From positions 1,536,001 to 1,600,000 of the forward strand of contig CAVSCK010000004.1 in assembly GCA_963726455.1 (NCBI GenBank): a stretch of DNA of 64,000 nt, written 5' to 3'. Position 1 is the stretch's first letter. Each line of letters starts with the position of its first letter. Under the pieces are notes generated by a model that was not told the DNA's origin, ran no database searches, and was given only the letters and a program-made list of their open reading frames with translations. Both the position numbers and the translations under genes were made by a program. This stretch comes from an uncultured bacterium (GTDB taxonomy: Bacteria > Zixibacteria > MSB-5A5 > CAIYYT01). Shown in pieces: positions 1-10,338 of this stretch.

Positions 1-1380
1 GTCAAATCGCGACAACTCCGCGTCATTGCCGCTCAGATTAAGATCGACATTGAGTGGATTGATTGCTGGCGCTCCGCTCGCGTCCTCGTAGGAAAGATTC
101 GCCAGCGACAAATTGCCGTAGAAGCGGGACTGCTCACGGTCGGACGATTTCACAAAGCCCGAAAGCGAGGTCGTCACATCGCCTGCCAGATGAACGTCTT
201 TGTCGACTCGCAGCAACTGGCCTAACACGCGGGCATCACAGGCAATTCGCATCTCACCAGAGAAAGTGGGTTCGCGATAATTGTCGATGGCCAATCGCAA
301 CAGCGCCGGCGCCGCTCCGATGGCGGCTTCCTCGGTGAAAAACGACAGCGACTGCTCATTAAAATCACTCTCTACGAGCCGAGCTTTGAGATTCACATCG
401 GTATCCGGCAACTTGGCGGTGGCGTCAGTCCAGGTGATCTTGCCGCGAACCGTGGTCGTTTTGGTGTCGCTAATATCGCCGCGCAGGTTGATGTCGATCC
501 GCAGGTCGCCGCCAAGAATCATCCCGCGCAGAAACGGGTAGGCCGCTACGATACGTGAATCGCCACAGTCGGCAAGATTCGTATGCTCCGAAATCACGTG
601 CACATTGAGATAGGGCTGGCTGGTCGGCTTGGCGACAGCGCCATCGAGGCGGCCGCGTATTTTGTCAATACGCCAGTCGCAACGATTGATCACCAGTGAA
701 TCTGAAGTTAATGAGTAGTTGCCACTCCAACTAACTTCCGCCGCCGAGGAACTCATCAGAAAGTTTCCCAGCGGTGACCAGGAAAATAACGAGTCGATGC
801 TCACGTCGCCTGCGATTGACGGCTCGGAGCCACTTCCAACTTCCAGGTCGGCGTTGACGTTGCCAAGAACCAAACGGTTTCCGGTGGAATCATTTCGGTA
901 TAACAGACGCGCGTTCCGCAAGCTGACCTGGCGACAGAAAAGCTCATCGTCAGTTCGTCCGCGCACGGCCTGACGGACACGATCCAGTGACAGCGCGCCA
1001 AAGTTATTTGTGCCCACTGAATCCTTGGCCAAATATACTTGCCCACCTTGTATGCTGATCTCTTTCAGCCGAACACTGCCGACCAGCAGGGGGAGCAACT
1101 TGACTTTGGCATCAATGGAAGTTGCGCTCGCCAAAGGTTGGCCGGTAAACGGCGGCGGGTTGAGCACTTTTATGTCATGTACGCGGAGGCCGACCCCGGA
1201 AAAGATTGTCAATTCCGAATTGCCAATCTGGACGGGCTGCTCGAAGATGCTTTCGATTCGGGGTGTTATTTGCGCTGCAATTGCCGCCGGCGACAGTAAT
1301 AACTTGATCAGGACAACGGCGACAACACACAGCGCCACAAGCACTACGGCCGACCACAAGAGCACCTTCTTGAAATTCAT
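1..1380 (-). CDS. AsmA family protein, 3' end runs off the window
   Basis: Manual translation from ATG 1380: MNFKKVLLWSAVVLVALCVVAVVLIKLLL (N-terminal anchor), then beta-rich IDAKVKLLPLLVGSVRLKEISIQGG typical of AsmA; frame open to position 1, so not in the ORF track. Confidence 0.7.
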   Translation of the reverse strand, partial: MNFKKVLLWSAVVLVALCVVAVVLIKLLLSPAAIAAQITPRIESIFEQPVQIGNSELTIFSGVGLRVHDIKVLNPPPFTGQPLASATSIDAKVKLLPLLVGSVRLKEISIQGGQVYLAKDSVGTNNFGALSLDRVRQAVRGRTDDELFCRQVSLRNARLLYRNDSTGNRLVLGNVNADLEVGSGSEPSIAGDVSIDSLFSWSPLGNFLMSSSAAEVSWSGNYSLTSDSLVINRCDWRIDKIRGRLDGAVAKPTSQPYLNVHVISEHTNLADCGDSRIVAAYPFLRGMILGGDLRIDINLRGDISDTKTTTVRGKITWTDATAKLPDTDVNLKARLVESDFNEQSLSFFTEEAAIGAAPALLRLAIDNYREPTFSGEMRIACDARVLGQLLRVDKDVHLAGDVTTSLSGFVKSSDREQSRFYGNLSLANLSYEDASGAPAINPLNVDLNLSGNDAELSRFD

Positions 1381-1536
1381 CGAGGGGCAAAGTAAACAAA
1401 TCGCCGATACGCCGCCACAAATAAACCTCTGACATAACCCGGTGAAGCCCAGACTGCGAAAACGCTTGCCACTTCAGCCATGGTCGAGGTACCTTTCCGG
1501 TGGTACAAGAAGTAAGGAGCTACATCGAGGTCAGCA

Positions 1537-2295
1537 ATGGATATACAATTTCGCGATTACTTCCTGAAACGCTGGAAGCAATACTTTCCCGGCGCCGAAT
1601 TGCCGATAGCGTTCTATTACACTGATGATGCGAGCCGCGCACCGGTTATGCGCGATCCGAATGAATGGGTCTGTTTCATCGGGCAGATGAATAAGATCAG
1701 ACACGGTGAGGCAATGGCGTTTCCGGGTAGTGCGCTTACCTGTGGCGGCAGTAAACGCTATCTCGGTTACACCAAGAATCTGCGCCGCAATTTCGAGTAC
1801 TTCCTGTCTTACGGAATTGAAGGCGAGATGGAAGGCGAGCGCTACAAGAAGACGCCGGAACTGGTGATGCAGCAACTCGACGATCATCCCGCTTACGACG
1901 CGCCCGGCAAGCACCTCGTTTGCAAGCGCTGGGATCTATTGAATGAGAAGGATGAGCCACAAGTCGTGGTCTTCTTTGCGGCGGCATACGCGTTGGCGGG
2001 ATTGTTCACACTCGCCAACTACGACGAGCCGTCATCGCAGGGTGTCATCGCGCCATTTGGCGCAGGTTGCGCGTCGATTATCTACTTCCCTTACATGGAA
2101 GGCAAATCGGATCATCCGCGCGCCGTGCTAGGAATGTTTGACGTGTCCGCCCGCCCGTATGTCGAACCCGGCACGTTGACAATGGGAGTGCCGTGGCAGA
2201 AATTCGTCACGATGGTTAACAACATGGATGAGAGTTTTCTGATTACCGATTCCTGGGATAAAGTCAGACAGCAGATGGCGAAGTCGGCGGGTTAG
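1537..2295 (+). CDS. DUF169 family protein
   Basis: 252-aa ORF; motifs CFIG, LTCGG..YLG, APFGAGCASI, LGMFDVSARP; AAGGAG upstream. Confidence 0.75.
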   Translation: MDIQFRDYFLKRWKQYFPGAELPIAFYYTDDASRAPVMRDPNEWVCFIGQMNKIRHGEAMAFPGSALTCGGSKRYLGYTKNLRRNFEYFLSYGIEGEMEGERYKKTPELVMQQLDDHPAYDAPGKHLVCKRWDLLNEKDEPQVVVFFAAAYALAGLFTLANYDEPSSQGVIAPFGAGCASIIYFPYMEGKSDHPRAVLGMFDVSARPYVEPGTLTMGVPWQKFVTMVNNMDESFLITDSWDKVRQQMAKSAG

Positions 2296-2348
2296 CAGCT
2301 CTTCCCTATTCGAACTATTGCGTGGCACTATCAAAGTCGCAATATGAC

Positions 2349-3029
2349 CTAGATTTCGATACTGTCACCCGACTTCATTATAATGCACTCAGTCGGTTTG
2401 CCCTTCAACATGTCCGCAAATTTTTCAGGATCCTGCTTGATGATGTCGAAAGTGTTGTAATGCATCGGCACAACCTTCTTCGGTTTGAGGAAGTCGACTG
2501 CCTTGGCGGCATCGACAGGCCCCATCGTGAAGTTGTCGCCGATAGGAAGAAGCGCCAGGTCGAGGGGATGCATCTCGCCAATAAGCTGCATGTCCAAAAA
2601 GAGTCCGGTGTCGCCCGCGTGGTAAATGGTCTTGCCGCCGATGTTCACGATCAGTCCGGCCGGATTGCCGCCGTAATCGTTGGGATTTTCGAGCGTCGAA
2701 CCATGATGGGCGATCGTTAACTTGACCCAGCCAAAAGGAAACTTGAAACTGCCACCGATGTGCAGCGGATGCGATGTCAATCCTTGCCGGGTGGCGTACT
2801 GGCTAAGTTCATAATTCGTAATGACGGTGGCCTTGTTGCGTCCGGCAACGAGTGCGGTGTCGCCCCAATGGTCGCCGTGACCGTGTGAGACCAGCACGTA
2901 ATTGACCTTGACGTTTTCCGGTTTCACTTTCGCCATTGGATTGCCATTCAGAAACGGGTCGATGATCAGGTTGTATTCCCCGGAACCGATTTCGAAACAG
3001 GAATGGCCGTGGTATGTTACCTTGGTCAC
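2349..3029 (-). CDS. Metal-dependent hydrolase, metallo-beta-lactamase fold (UPF0173)
   Basis: GHSCF, IDPFL, SHGHGDH, YHAGDT, LPIGDNFTM, PMHYNTF motifs. Confidence 0.92.
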   Translation of the reverse strand: MTKVTYHGHSCFEIGSGEYNLIIDPFLNGNPMAKVKPENVKVNYVLVSHGHGDHWGDTALVAGRNKATVITNYELSQYATRQGLTSHPLHIGGSFKFPFGWVKLTIAHHGSTLENPNDYGGNPAGLIVNIGGKTIYHAGDTGLFLDMQLIGEMHPLDLALLPIGDNFTMGPVDAAKAVDFLKPKKVVPMHYNTFDIIKQDPEKFADMLKGKPTECIIMKSGDSIEI

Positions 3030-3106
3030 TTCAGGTTACCTCCTATTTTCGCTACGCCAAAAGGACACGCATTACCTACGTCGTGGAAAAGGGCCGTCAT
3101 TGGTGC

Positions 3107-4255
3107 TCAGACAAAATCGGGACAAAGTGAGGTCGCGATCAAATCAGAGCGAAACATGCCGCGCGGAGTCAGCCGAATGTGGTCATCCGCGATGGAGAGA
3201 TCGCCAACTTCAGACAGTTTCGCAAGGAGTTTGCCTCGGACCGCGAGGATGTCATAACCGAAGCTTTCACGCAGGTCCCTGGCGTCAAGGCCGCTGGTCA
3301 ATCTCAGAGACAGCATGATCGTTTCCAGCAGACGTTTGCTGCGCGTAATGTCCTCGATTTCGTGCGGCGGCCAATGTCCATGCGACAGATTGCTGATATA
3401 GCCGGGCAGATCGGGCTCATTGCGAATCCGTTTGCCATTTAGTGTCGCGACGGCAGCGGGTCCGAACGCGTAGTAATCTTCCTGTTGCCAATAGGCGAGA
3501 TTGTGGTGGCATTCGTACCCGGGCAGCGCAAAATTGGATATTTCATAGTGGCGGTAGCCGTGGCCTTCCAGATACCGCACTGCCTTTTCATATCGGTCGG
3601 CGACAACATCATCACTCGGCAATGACACCAAACCGCGCAACACTTGATCGTGCAGCGGAACTTCGCCTTCAAGCGTCAAGAGATAAAGTGACAGATGCTT
3701 GGGCTGGAGTGACAGGGCCGTCTCAAGGTCGGTGCTCATACTGGCGTCCGACTCATCCGGCAGGCCGTAGATCAGATCGAGGGAGATATTCTCGAAACCA
3801 ACTTCGCGCGCATCAGAAACTGCCTGCTGCACTTGCTCGGCTGTATGGAGCCGACCCAGGCGTTCCAGATTGTCCGGCTGAAACGACTGTACGCCGAAAG
3901 ACACGCGATTGACTTTGAGATCCTTCAGAATGCGAAGTTTCTCCAGAGAGGCAGACTCAGGATTGGCCTCGACCGAAATCTCGCAACCGTTGTTGAAATC
4001 GAAGTAGTTCGCGAGGGCAGCGAAGGTCCGCTTCCACGAATCGCCCGACAACGTTGTTGGCGTGCCGCCGCCAAAGTAAAGGGTCTTGAGCGGGGCGGGA
4101 AGGCCGCGCTCATCGGACATGCGCCGCGCAATCTCCGATGAAAGCGCTTCGACGTAACGCTGCTCCGTAGCGGAATCATACAGGATACTGTAGAAATCAC
4201 AGTAGGAACAGAATCCCGCGCAAAACGGAACATGGACATAACAGGATGTCGCCAT
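3107..4255 (-). CDS. hemW: Radical SAM heme chaperone HemW (HemN-like)
   Basis: YVHVPFCxxxCxYCDF, FGGGTP, YEISNFA, HNLAYW; start placed at ATG 4255 (MATSCYVHVPFC). Confidence 0.9.
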   Translation of the reverse strand: MATSCYVHVPFCAGFCSYCDFYSILYDSATEQRYVEALSSEIARRMSDERGLPAPLKTLYFGGGTPTTLSGDSWKRTFAALANYFDFNNGCEISVEANPESASLEKLRILKDLKVNRVSFGVQSFQPDNLERLGRLHTAEQVQQAVSDAREVGFENISLDLIYGLPDESDASMSTDLETALSLQPKHLSLYLLTLEGEVPLHDQVLRGLVSLPSDDVVADRYEKAVRYLEGHGYRHYEISNFALPGYECHHNLAYWQQEDYYAFGPAAVATLNGKRIRNEPDLPGYISNLSHGHWPPHEIEDITRSKRLLETIMLSLRLTSGLDARDLRESFGYDILAVRGKLLAKLSEVGDLSIADDHIRLTPRGMFRSDLIATSLCPDFV

Positions 4256-4261
4256 ACTTAC

Positions 4262-4289
4262 AAGATAAATAGGGTCAAGTCTACTGCAA
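4262..4289 (-). promoter_or_regulatory. Putative sigma70 promoter of hemW (TTGCAG-N16-TATCTT), probably leaderless
   Basis: -10 box lies 6 nt before the ATG at 4255; no SD sequence. Confidence 0.45.
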
Positions 4290-4367
4290 ACCATTTGTTA
4301 TACGCTGTTTCGAGCCCAAGCAGTTAGCCCTTGATTTAAGGGAACGTGTTTGGTATCTATTTAAGCT

Positions 4368-6548
4368 ATGAAAGCAGGCGCCACAGCCGGCAAACGCACA
4401 CGACTTAGTCCCACTACCTGGGCGCTGATCATTTTTTCGGCGGCCTTTCTGGTGCGCTTGTTGCACCTCCTCGGCTACTATGCTACGCCGCTGTTCAAGT
4501 ACCTGACCTCTGATTCACTGTTCTATTATCAGGTCGCCACCGAGATCGCCAATGGCCATGCGGTTGGCGACATGATTCTGTTGAAGGCGCCGCTTTATCC
4601 TTATCTCCTGGCGACATTCATCACGATCTTCGGTCCGAATCCGCTCTCACCGTTATTGTTCCAGAATATCGTAGGCGCCTTCGCCTGCGTCATGATCTAT
4701 CTCATTGCGCGCAAGTACTACTCAAATAGAGTTGCAGTGACGGCCGGGCTGGCGGCTGCGGTCTACGGCACGCTGATCTTCTTTGACAACGAATTGGTAC
4801 CCTTTTCGCTCGCGCTCACTTTGAATCTTGTCGCCCTCTGGCAGCTAACGCTCTTTGAGTCTGATCGTGCCAGAAAGCGATTGATAATTTCGGGATTGCT
4901 TGTCGGCCTGTCGGCGGTGCTTAATCCGGCAATCCTATTGTTCGCGGTAGTTGTCGTATTCTGGTTGCACCAGCGAGTGTCCGAAAATCGCAAACAGTGG
5001 CTGCAGCAGTTAATCCCATTCCTGATAGGCATACTGATCTTCCTGGTACCGGCAGCCGCGCGCAATGCGTTTTCCGGCGAGGCGCTCTTGTTCAAGACTT
5101 ACGCCGGCGTGAATTTCGCCGCCGACAACAACCCGCAGGCGAAAGGCGGCGCCCCGGTGTTCGCGGCTGATTCAGGTGGCGTCGGCCAAGGTCTCGAAGC
5201 TGCCGCTACGATCGCCAGTAAACAAGCCGGCACGAAGCTGACCACGTCGGAGTCGGGTTCCTATTGGTTCAAGGAAGGAATCGGCTACGTCTTTTCGCAT
5301 CCGATATCGTGGCTGGGACTTGAAGTTCGCAAGGCCGCCAATCTGGTCTCCGGCTATGAACTCCCGAAAGACCGTCAGGTGTATTTCTCCGCCGAACGTA
5401 GCGGCGTTCTCAAGTTTTTCCTCTGGGACAAGATTTTGGCGTTCCCGTTCGGGTTGATCCTTCCCTTTGCTTTGTTGGCGCCGCTCGCAGCAGCTCCCCT
5501 GAGAAAAGACAAGAGACAATGCGTGATCATCGGCTATGTGTTGTCATTCGGAATCATGATGCTGTTGTTCACGGTGACGGCTCGTTATCGCGCGATCGTG
5601 GTTCCAATAATTTTGATCTGGGCAGCCGCCGGATTCTGGGCGCTGGTCCGCAAATATCAAGAGAAGGATTTCAAATCATTTTATAAGCAGCTTACCATTT
5701 TCGCCGTTGCGCTGGTAATCTGCAATGGCCTCGCGTACATCCCCCAATTGACGCAGCGGGGTGAATCGGAATTCGAGGGATATCTTTTCACCGGCAGCGC
5801 TTATCTCGGTTCCGGGCAATATGCTGATGCGGAACAGGAATTCTTCCAGGCCGTAACTCTCAATCCGCGATCACCGGCTGGATTTATCAACCTGGGATTG
5901 ACCTACGAGAAAATGGGAAAAGATTCATCCGCCGCCGAGTTTTACAAGCGCGCCGTCGCCGCCGACCCATCGTCGGAATTGGCGAAGCGTTCATTAGCGG
6001 GAGTCTATCACCGGCGCGACCGCATCAAGGAACTGGCCGACCTGGTAGTTGCCGAGATCAAGAAGAATCCCCGGGCCGCCTGGGCGTACATAGAGTATGG
6101 CTATGTTCACGAGGTTCTCAAAGAATATTCGATTGCGGTGGAGCAGTACGAACTGGCATTTCAGGCGGATTCGACCAATCCGGAACCGATCTTTCTCGAA
6201 GCCAATTGCTTCCTGAATGCCGACATGCGTCTGGAGGCGGCGGAACAGTATCAGCGTTTCCTCAAGTACGTTCCCAACTCGATCGAAGCGCACGCGAATC
6301 TTGGGCAGATTTACGCCCGCCAGAACAAGCTCGATCAGGCGCTCAGCCAATTTCAGATGGTCGCCAATGCCCAGCCCAACAATCCGGCGGGATACTTCAA
6401 CCTGGCTTCATTAAATCTACAAATGGGCAACTTCGACAAAGCTGAAGAGCTGCTGAACCGCACCGTGGCCCTCGATCCGCAGTTCCCCGGCATCGACCAA
6501 CTCCGGCAGATGATTGAAAGTGAGAAGCGAGCCACAAAGGAGAATTAG
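4368..6548 (+). CDS. GT-C fold (PMT/GT39-like) membrane glycosyltransferase with C-terminal TPR repeats
   Basis: Many TM helices, DSLFY and APLYPY motifs, C-terminal TPRs (NLGLTY, NLGQIY, NLASLN). Confidence 0.75.
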   Translation: MKAGATAGKRTRLSPTTWALIIFSAAFLVRLLHLLGYYATPLFKYLTSDSLFYYQVATEIANGHAVGDMILLKAPLYPYLLATFITIFGPNPLSPLLFQNIVGAFACVMIYLIARKYYSNRVAVTAGLAAAVYGTLIFFDNELVPFSLALTLNLVALWQLTLFESDRARKRLIISGLLVGLSAVLNPAILLFAVVVVFWLHQRVSENRKQWLQQLIPFLIGILIFLVPAAARNAFSGEALLFKTYAGVNFAADNNPQAKGGAPVFAADSGGVGQGLEAAATIASKQAGTKLTTSESGSYWFKEGIGYVFSHPISWLGLEVRKAANLVSGYELPKDRQVYFSAERSGVLKFFLWDKILAFPFGLILPFALLAPLAAAPLRKDKRQCVIIGYVLSFGIMMLLFTVTARYRAIVVPIILIWAAAGFWALVRKYQEKDFKSFYKQLTIFAVALVICNGLAYIPQLTQRGESEFEGYLFTGSAYLGSGQYADAEQEFFQAVTLNPRSPAGFINLGLTYEKMGKDSSAAEFYKRAVAADPSSELAKRSLAGVYHRRDRIKELADLVVAEIKKNPRAAWAYIEYGYVHEVLKEYSIAVEQYELAFQADSTNPEPIFLEANCFLNADMRLEAAEQYQRFLKYVPNSIEAHANLGQIYARQNKLDQALSQFQMVANAQPNNPAGYFNLASLNLQMGNFDKAEELLNRTVALDPQFPGIDQLRQMIESEKRATKEN

Positions 6549-6700
6549 CTCCCTCTTCAATTGCGCCGGGTAGCTCTTCTGAACATCGCACATTCTGTAA
6601 TTATTCCTTGCGCGCTCTGCGAAAACGACGTAGATTGTTTCTGGAATTTACGTTGATCTCCCTATCGCGCAGAAGGTACCACACGCTAAAGGAGGCAATC

Positions 6701-7339
6701 ATGATCGTCCGCATTCTCATCCTCTTATTCATTGGCCTGATAACGCTGACTCTCGACCTACGGGCCGGGCAACCGATTTACTCATTGGCAGGAGGAATAG
6801 GTCTCCCGTCGCAACCGGCAGACTTGAACCGATATTGGAAGGGAGGCTGGCATCTAGCCGGTGGTATCGCGTATCCGCTAACGAAAAAACTATCAGTTGG
6901 AGGACATTTAGCTTACAGCCACATGCCATCCGATGCTGAGGCCGTCTTGAGGGATCTAGGTGATCAAGCCCCCTACATTCGGGTAGAGTCCAAATCATCG
7001 GCGATTCTGACAGTAACTGGGCGAGCCAAGCTAAATTTTGTTGTGCCTGCTCGGTCCACACCGCTTTCCCCATATTTCTTCGGATCACTCGGCTGGTTTC
7101 GACTCACAGAGGGAGGTTGGGAAGTTACTTCAATCACCAGCCCAGATGGCGACGGCCATGTTCGACGCTGGTTTGGACTTGTGGAGTCGGTAATCGGAAC
7201 CGAATTTGGCGCGGGCATGGATGTCTATTTGAAGGGATGGCTGTCTACGTTTGTAGAGGTTGGGGCCGGCATCAGTTTCACAAAGAAAATAACTTATGTT
7301 GAATGGGTTCCGATCAGGTTGGGTATCTCGATTCATTAG
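6701..7339 (+). CDS. Outer-membrane beta-barrel protein
   Basis: GGAGG RBS before ATG 6701, signal peptide, amphipathic strands, C-terminal WVPIRLGISIH. Confidence 0.6.
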   Translation: MIVRILILLFIGLITLTLDLRAGQPIYSLAGGIGLPSQPADLNRYWKGGWHLAGGIAYPLTKKLSVGGHLAYSHMPSDAEAVLRDLGDQAPYIRVESKSSAILTVTGRAKLNFVVPARSTPLSPYFFGSLGWFRLTEGGWEVTSITSPDGDGHVRRWFGLVESVIGTEFGAGMDVYLKGWLSTFVEVGAGISFTKKITYVEWVPIRLGISIH

Positions 7340-7348
7340 GATTAGTCG

Positions 7349-7858
7349 ATGGTTTCGAGAAATAGTATTCTTTTGCTCATCATAATCGTTTGTCTCACCT
7401 GTGCGTCACTGAGTTGTAACGAAAGGAGCGTTGCCGTAAGAGGCGAGATTCCCAACTACCCGAAGGCAGGCAGCTTCGCATGGGTAAACAGCTCGGTGAT
7501 CTATGATACAGCGATTGTCAAGAAACCAGTGTCGCTAATAGTCTTCACGGCCTTCCCGAACGAGTACTGTGATTCTCTCCTGAACAAGTCGCTTCGCGAT
7601 TCGACAGTGATGGGGATAATAGACAAGTGGTATAATGCCTGCATTATCGACGGACATTCAGACAGCCTGATCTCTGTACGGGATACACTTGTTCCCTGCA
7701 GGTACGCTGCAAGGTACATATTTGAAGTCAGCGCATACCCCATAACTCTAGTGTTGGACCGCAATGGCAATGTGTATGATAGACTACCGGGCTACATTTG
7801 GCCGGAAGCATACGCGGCTGTTCTTTACCAGGACTATCTGGATCTGAAAGACCAGTGA
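7349..7858 (+). CDS. Putative lipoprotein with thioredoxin-like fold
   Basis: Lipobox-like LSC; AYPITLVLDRNG..RLPGY resembles a thioredoxin-family C-terminus; CxxC degenerate (NEYC). Confidence 0.5.
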   Translation: MVSRNSILLLIIIVCLTCASLSCNERSVAVRGEIPNYPKAGSFAWVNSSVIYDTAIVKKPVSLIVFTAFPNEYCDSLLNKSLRDSTVMGIIDKWYNACIIDGHSDSLISVRDTLVPCRYAARYIFEVSAYPITLVLDRNGNVYDRLPGYIWPEAYAAVLYQDYLDLKDQ

Positions 7859-7929
7859 CTGTGAAGTCTTAGGTGGGCAAACGGCATCAATGCCGCCGGG
7901 AAATCTCTCGAAAAGCGGTACAAACGTAA

Positions 7930-10053
7930 CTACTTCACACTTGTCAGTACGAATCGCGCATCGACCGCGCGAGTTGCGGCACGGTCGGCGGAGACGATAA
8001 AGGGGTTGACGTCGATTTCGGCGAAGTCAGGAAAATCCAGCACCAGTTGCGACAGCTTCAAAATCGAATCCTCGGCAGAGGCAATGTTGACGGCTTTAGA
8101 ACCGCGAAATCCGGTGAGCAGCTTGTAGCCCTTGAGAGACTCGATCATCTCTTTGACGTCGACATCGGTCAGCGGCGGGATGCGGAAGGAGACGTCTTTC
8201 ATCACTTCGACATAGATGCCGCCCAATCCGAACATGATCAACGGTCCGAATGACGGGTCGGTGGTCATGCCGATCACAGTTTCGATGCCGCCCTGGATCA
8301 TTTCCTGCACCACGACAGAGAATTTTTCTTTGCTTTTCGGGAAGGCCTTTTTGATGCGCTTCTCCATGTCGGCGTACGCCTCGACAACTTCGTCGGGCGT
8401 GCGGAGGTTGATGGCAACGGCGCCAAACTCAGTTTTGTGAAGAATGTGCGGCGTGTTGACCTTGATCACGACCGGCGCGTCGATCCGCGCAGCAATTTTC
8501 CCGGCCTCTTCCTTGCTGTGCGCATACTTGTATGAGGCAACCGGGATATCGTAGCAGGTCAATATTTGCAGCGCCTCGTCGCCGATGATTGCGTCCTTGT
8601 GCTCCTGGCGATGGCGGCTGATGATCTCCGCAACTTTCTTCTTGTCGCCCTTAATCTTCGGCAGTGTCCCTTCCGGGCGCGAAAGCCAGCGACGGTGTTT
8701 GTCGATCAACGCCAACATGGTGGCAACCGACTCCGGGAAAATCATCGCCGGTATATTGTGTTCTTTCAGGCGCTCAAAAGCTCCCGTGCCGTAGGTCACG
8801 CCCATAAAGCAGGCATAAATCGGCAGTTTCGAGATTTGCGCTGTCTCGATGATGGCGTCCGCGACCAAAGTCTGATCGATGGTCACAGGCGGCACGCAGA
8901 TCGCGATGATCGAATCGATGTTGGGATCCTTGATCACGTGCGACAGCGCCTTTTTGAATTCCAAACCGGTAGCGCCGGCAACAAGATCAAGCGGGTTGTT
9001 TACCGGTGTGTCAGGAGGCAAGATCGGTTTGATCGCTGCGACGGTTTTGGGCGAAAATTCGGGCAATTTCATGCCGACACCGACCAATGCATCGGTCGCC
9101 AGAATTCCCGGACCGCCCGCATTCGTAACGATTGCCACGCGGTTGCCTTTGGGGACGGGCATCTTGACCAGGCCATTGGCGACGTCGAACATCTCCTCGA
9201 TCGTGTTCACGCGAATGATACCGGTCTGCTCGAACAACGCATCGACCGACACATCCAGGCCTGCCAGTGCGCCGGTATGGGACGACGCCGCGGCCGCACC
9301 CTTGGTGGTCTTACCCGATTTCACGACAATCACCGGCTTGGTGCGGGTGATCTCGCGGGCGATTCGGCTGAAGATACGCGGATCGGAGAAGTTTTCGAGA
9401 TAGAGCAGGATGATTTCGACGGTCGGATCATCCCGCCAGTATTCCATGATATCGGTGTCTTTGAGGTCGGCCTTGTTACCGATGGAGGCAAACATCGAAA
9501 GACCGAGGTTGATTTCCTGCGCCTGCGCCAGAATTGCCTCGCCGAGCGCGCCGGATTGCGTGATGTAGCCGATCTTGCCGAAGCCGGGACGGATTTTCGA
9601 GAACGTGGCGTCCAGGTGAAATTTCGGATCGGCGTTGATGATGCCGAAACAGTTCGGGCCGATCATACGCATGTTGTATTTATTCAGGATGGCGACGATC
9701 TTGTCTTCAAGTACCGCGCCCGCTTTGCCGGTCTCTTTGAATCCGGCGGTGATCATGAGAATTCCTTTGACGCCTTTTTCGCCGCACTGTTCGACGACTT
9801 CCTCGGTGAGTTCTTTGGGGACAACAACGACCGCTAAATCCACCATATCGGGCACGTCCAGGATGGTGGAATAGCATTTGATCGAGTGGATGACCGATTT
9901 GGTGGGGTTGACCGGGAAGACTTTCCCTTCGAATTCGTAGTCGATGATGTTGTGGAGCAATTCCCTGCCGATTGATCCCTTGCGGTTAGTCGCGCCGATC
10001 ACGGCAATCGACTTGGGCCGGAAGATAAAATCAAGACTCCCTTTCACGGTCAT
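7930..10053 (-). CDS. Acetate/acyl-CoA ligase (ADP-forming), fused alpha/beta
   Basis: CoA-binding PKSIAVIGA, GPNCFG, QSGALG, SHTGALAG phospho-His, TNAGGPG, ATP-grasp HKTE..GP..MFGLGG. Confidence 0.92.
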   Translation of the reverse strand: MTVKGSLDFIFRPKSIAVIGATNRKGSIGRELLHNIIDYEFEGKVFPVNPTKSVIHSIKCYSTILDVPDMVDLAVVVVPKELTEEVVEQCGEKGVKGILMITAGFKETGKAGAVLEDKIVAILNKYNMRMIGPNCFGIINADPKFHLDATFSKIRPGFGKIGYITQSGALGEAILAQAQEINLGLSMFASIGNKADLKDTDIMEYWRDDPTVEIILLYLENFSDPRIFSRIAREITRTKPVIVVKSGKTTKGAAAASSHTGALAGLDVSVDALFEQTGIIRVNTIEEMFDVANGLVKMPVPKGNRVAIVTNAGGPGILATDALVGVGMKLPEFSPKTVAAIKPILPPDTPVNNPLDLVAGATGLEFKKALSHVIKDPNIDSIIAICVPPVTIDQTLVADAIIETAQISKLPIYACFMGVTYGTGAFERLKEHNIPAMIFPESVATMLALIDKHRRWLSRPEGTLPKIKGDKKKVAEIISRHRQEHKDAIIGDEALQILTCYDIPVASYKYAHSKEEAGKIAARIDAPVVIKVNTPHILHKTEFGAVAINLRTPDEVVEAYADMEKRIKKAFPKSKEKFSVVVQEMIQGGIETVIGMTTDPSFGPLIMFGLGGIYVEVMKDVSFRIPPLTDVDVKEMIESLKGYKLLTGFRGSKAVNIASAEDSILKLSQLVLDFPDFAEIDVNPFIVSADRAATRAVDARFVLTSVK

Positions 10054-10338
10054 ATCCTTTCGCAGAAAGGCGTTTCGCCGAGATGATACGTGAGAAGAAG
10101 GGGAAAGGCAAGGTGAATGTTGGCGGAGATGGCGCGAACTCAGTGGCAGATACCACAGCGAAAGCGAAACCTAAGAACTCTCGCTTCAGGCTAGATTAGC
10201 GTGTCGCGCCGAAAATTAAAACTTGACAACATGTCTTGAATTTGCATGAATACTCTCGACGCTGCAAACTGCGCGTCACGTGTCTTAGGTTATCGGCCTA
10301 GATACGGAGTTTAAGAATTACTTAACTCGGAGGTCTAT

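Noticed and set aside
8566-9837. Long antisense ORFs (also 25286-26080, 32334-33104, 42547-43350)
   Set aside because: Shadow frames opposite well-supported genes in GC-rich DNA.
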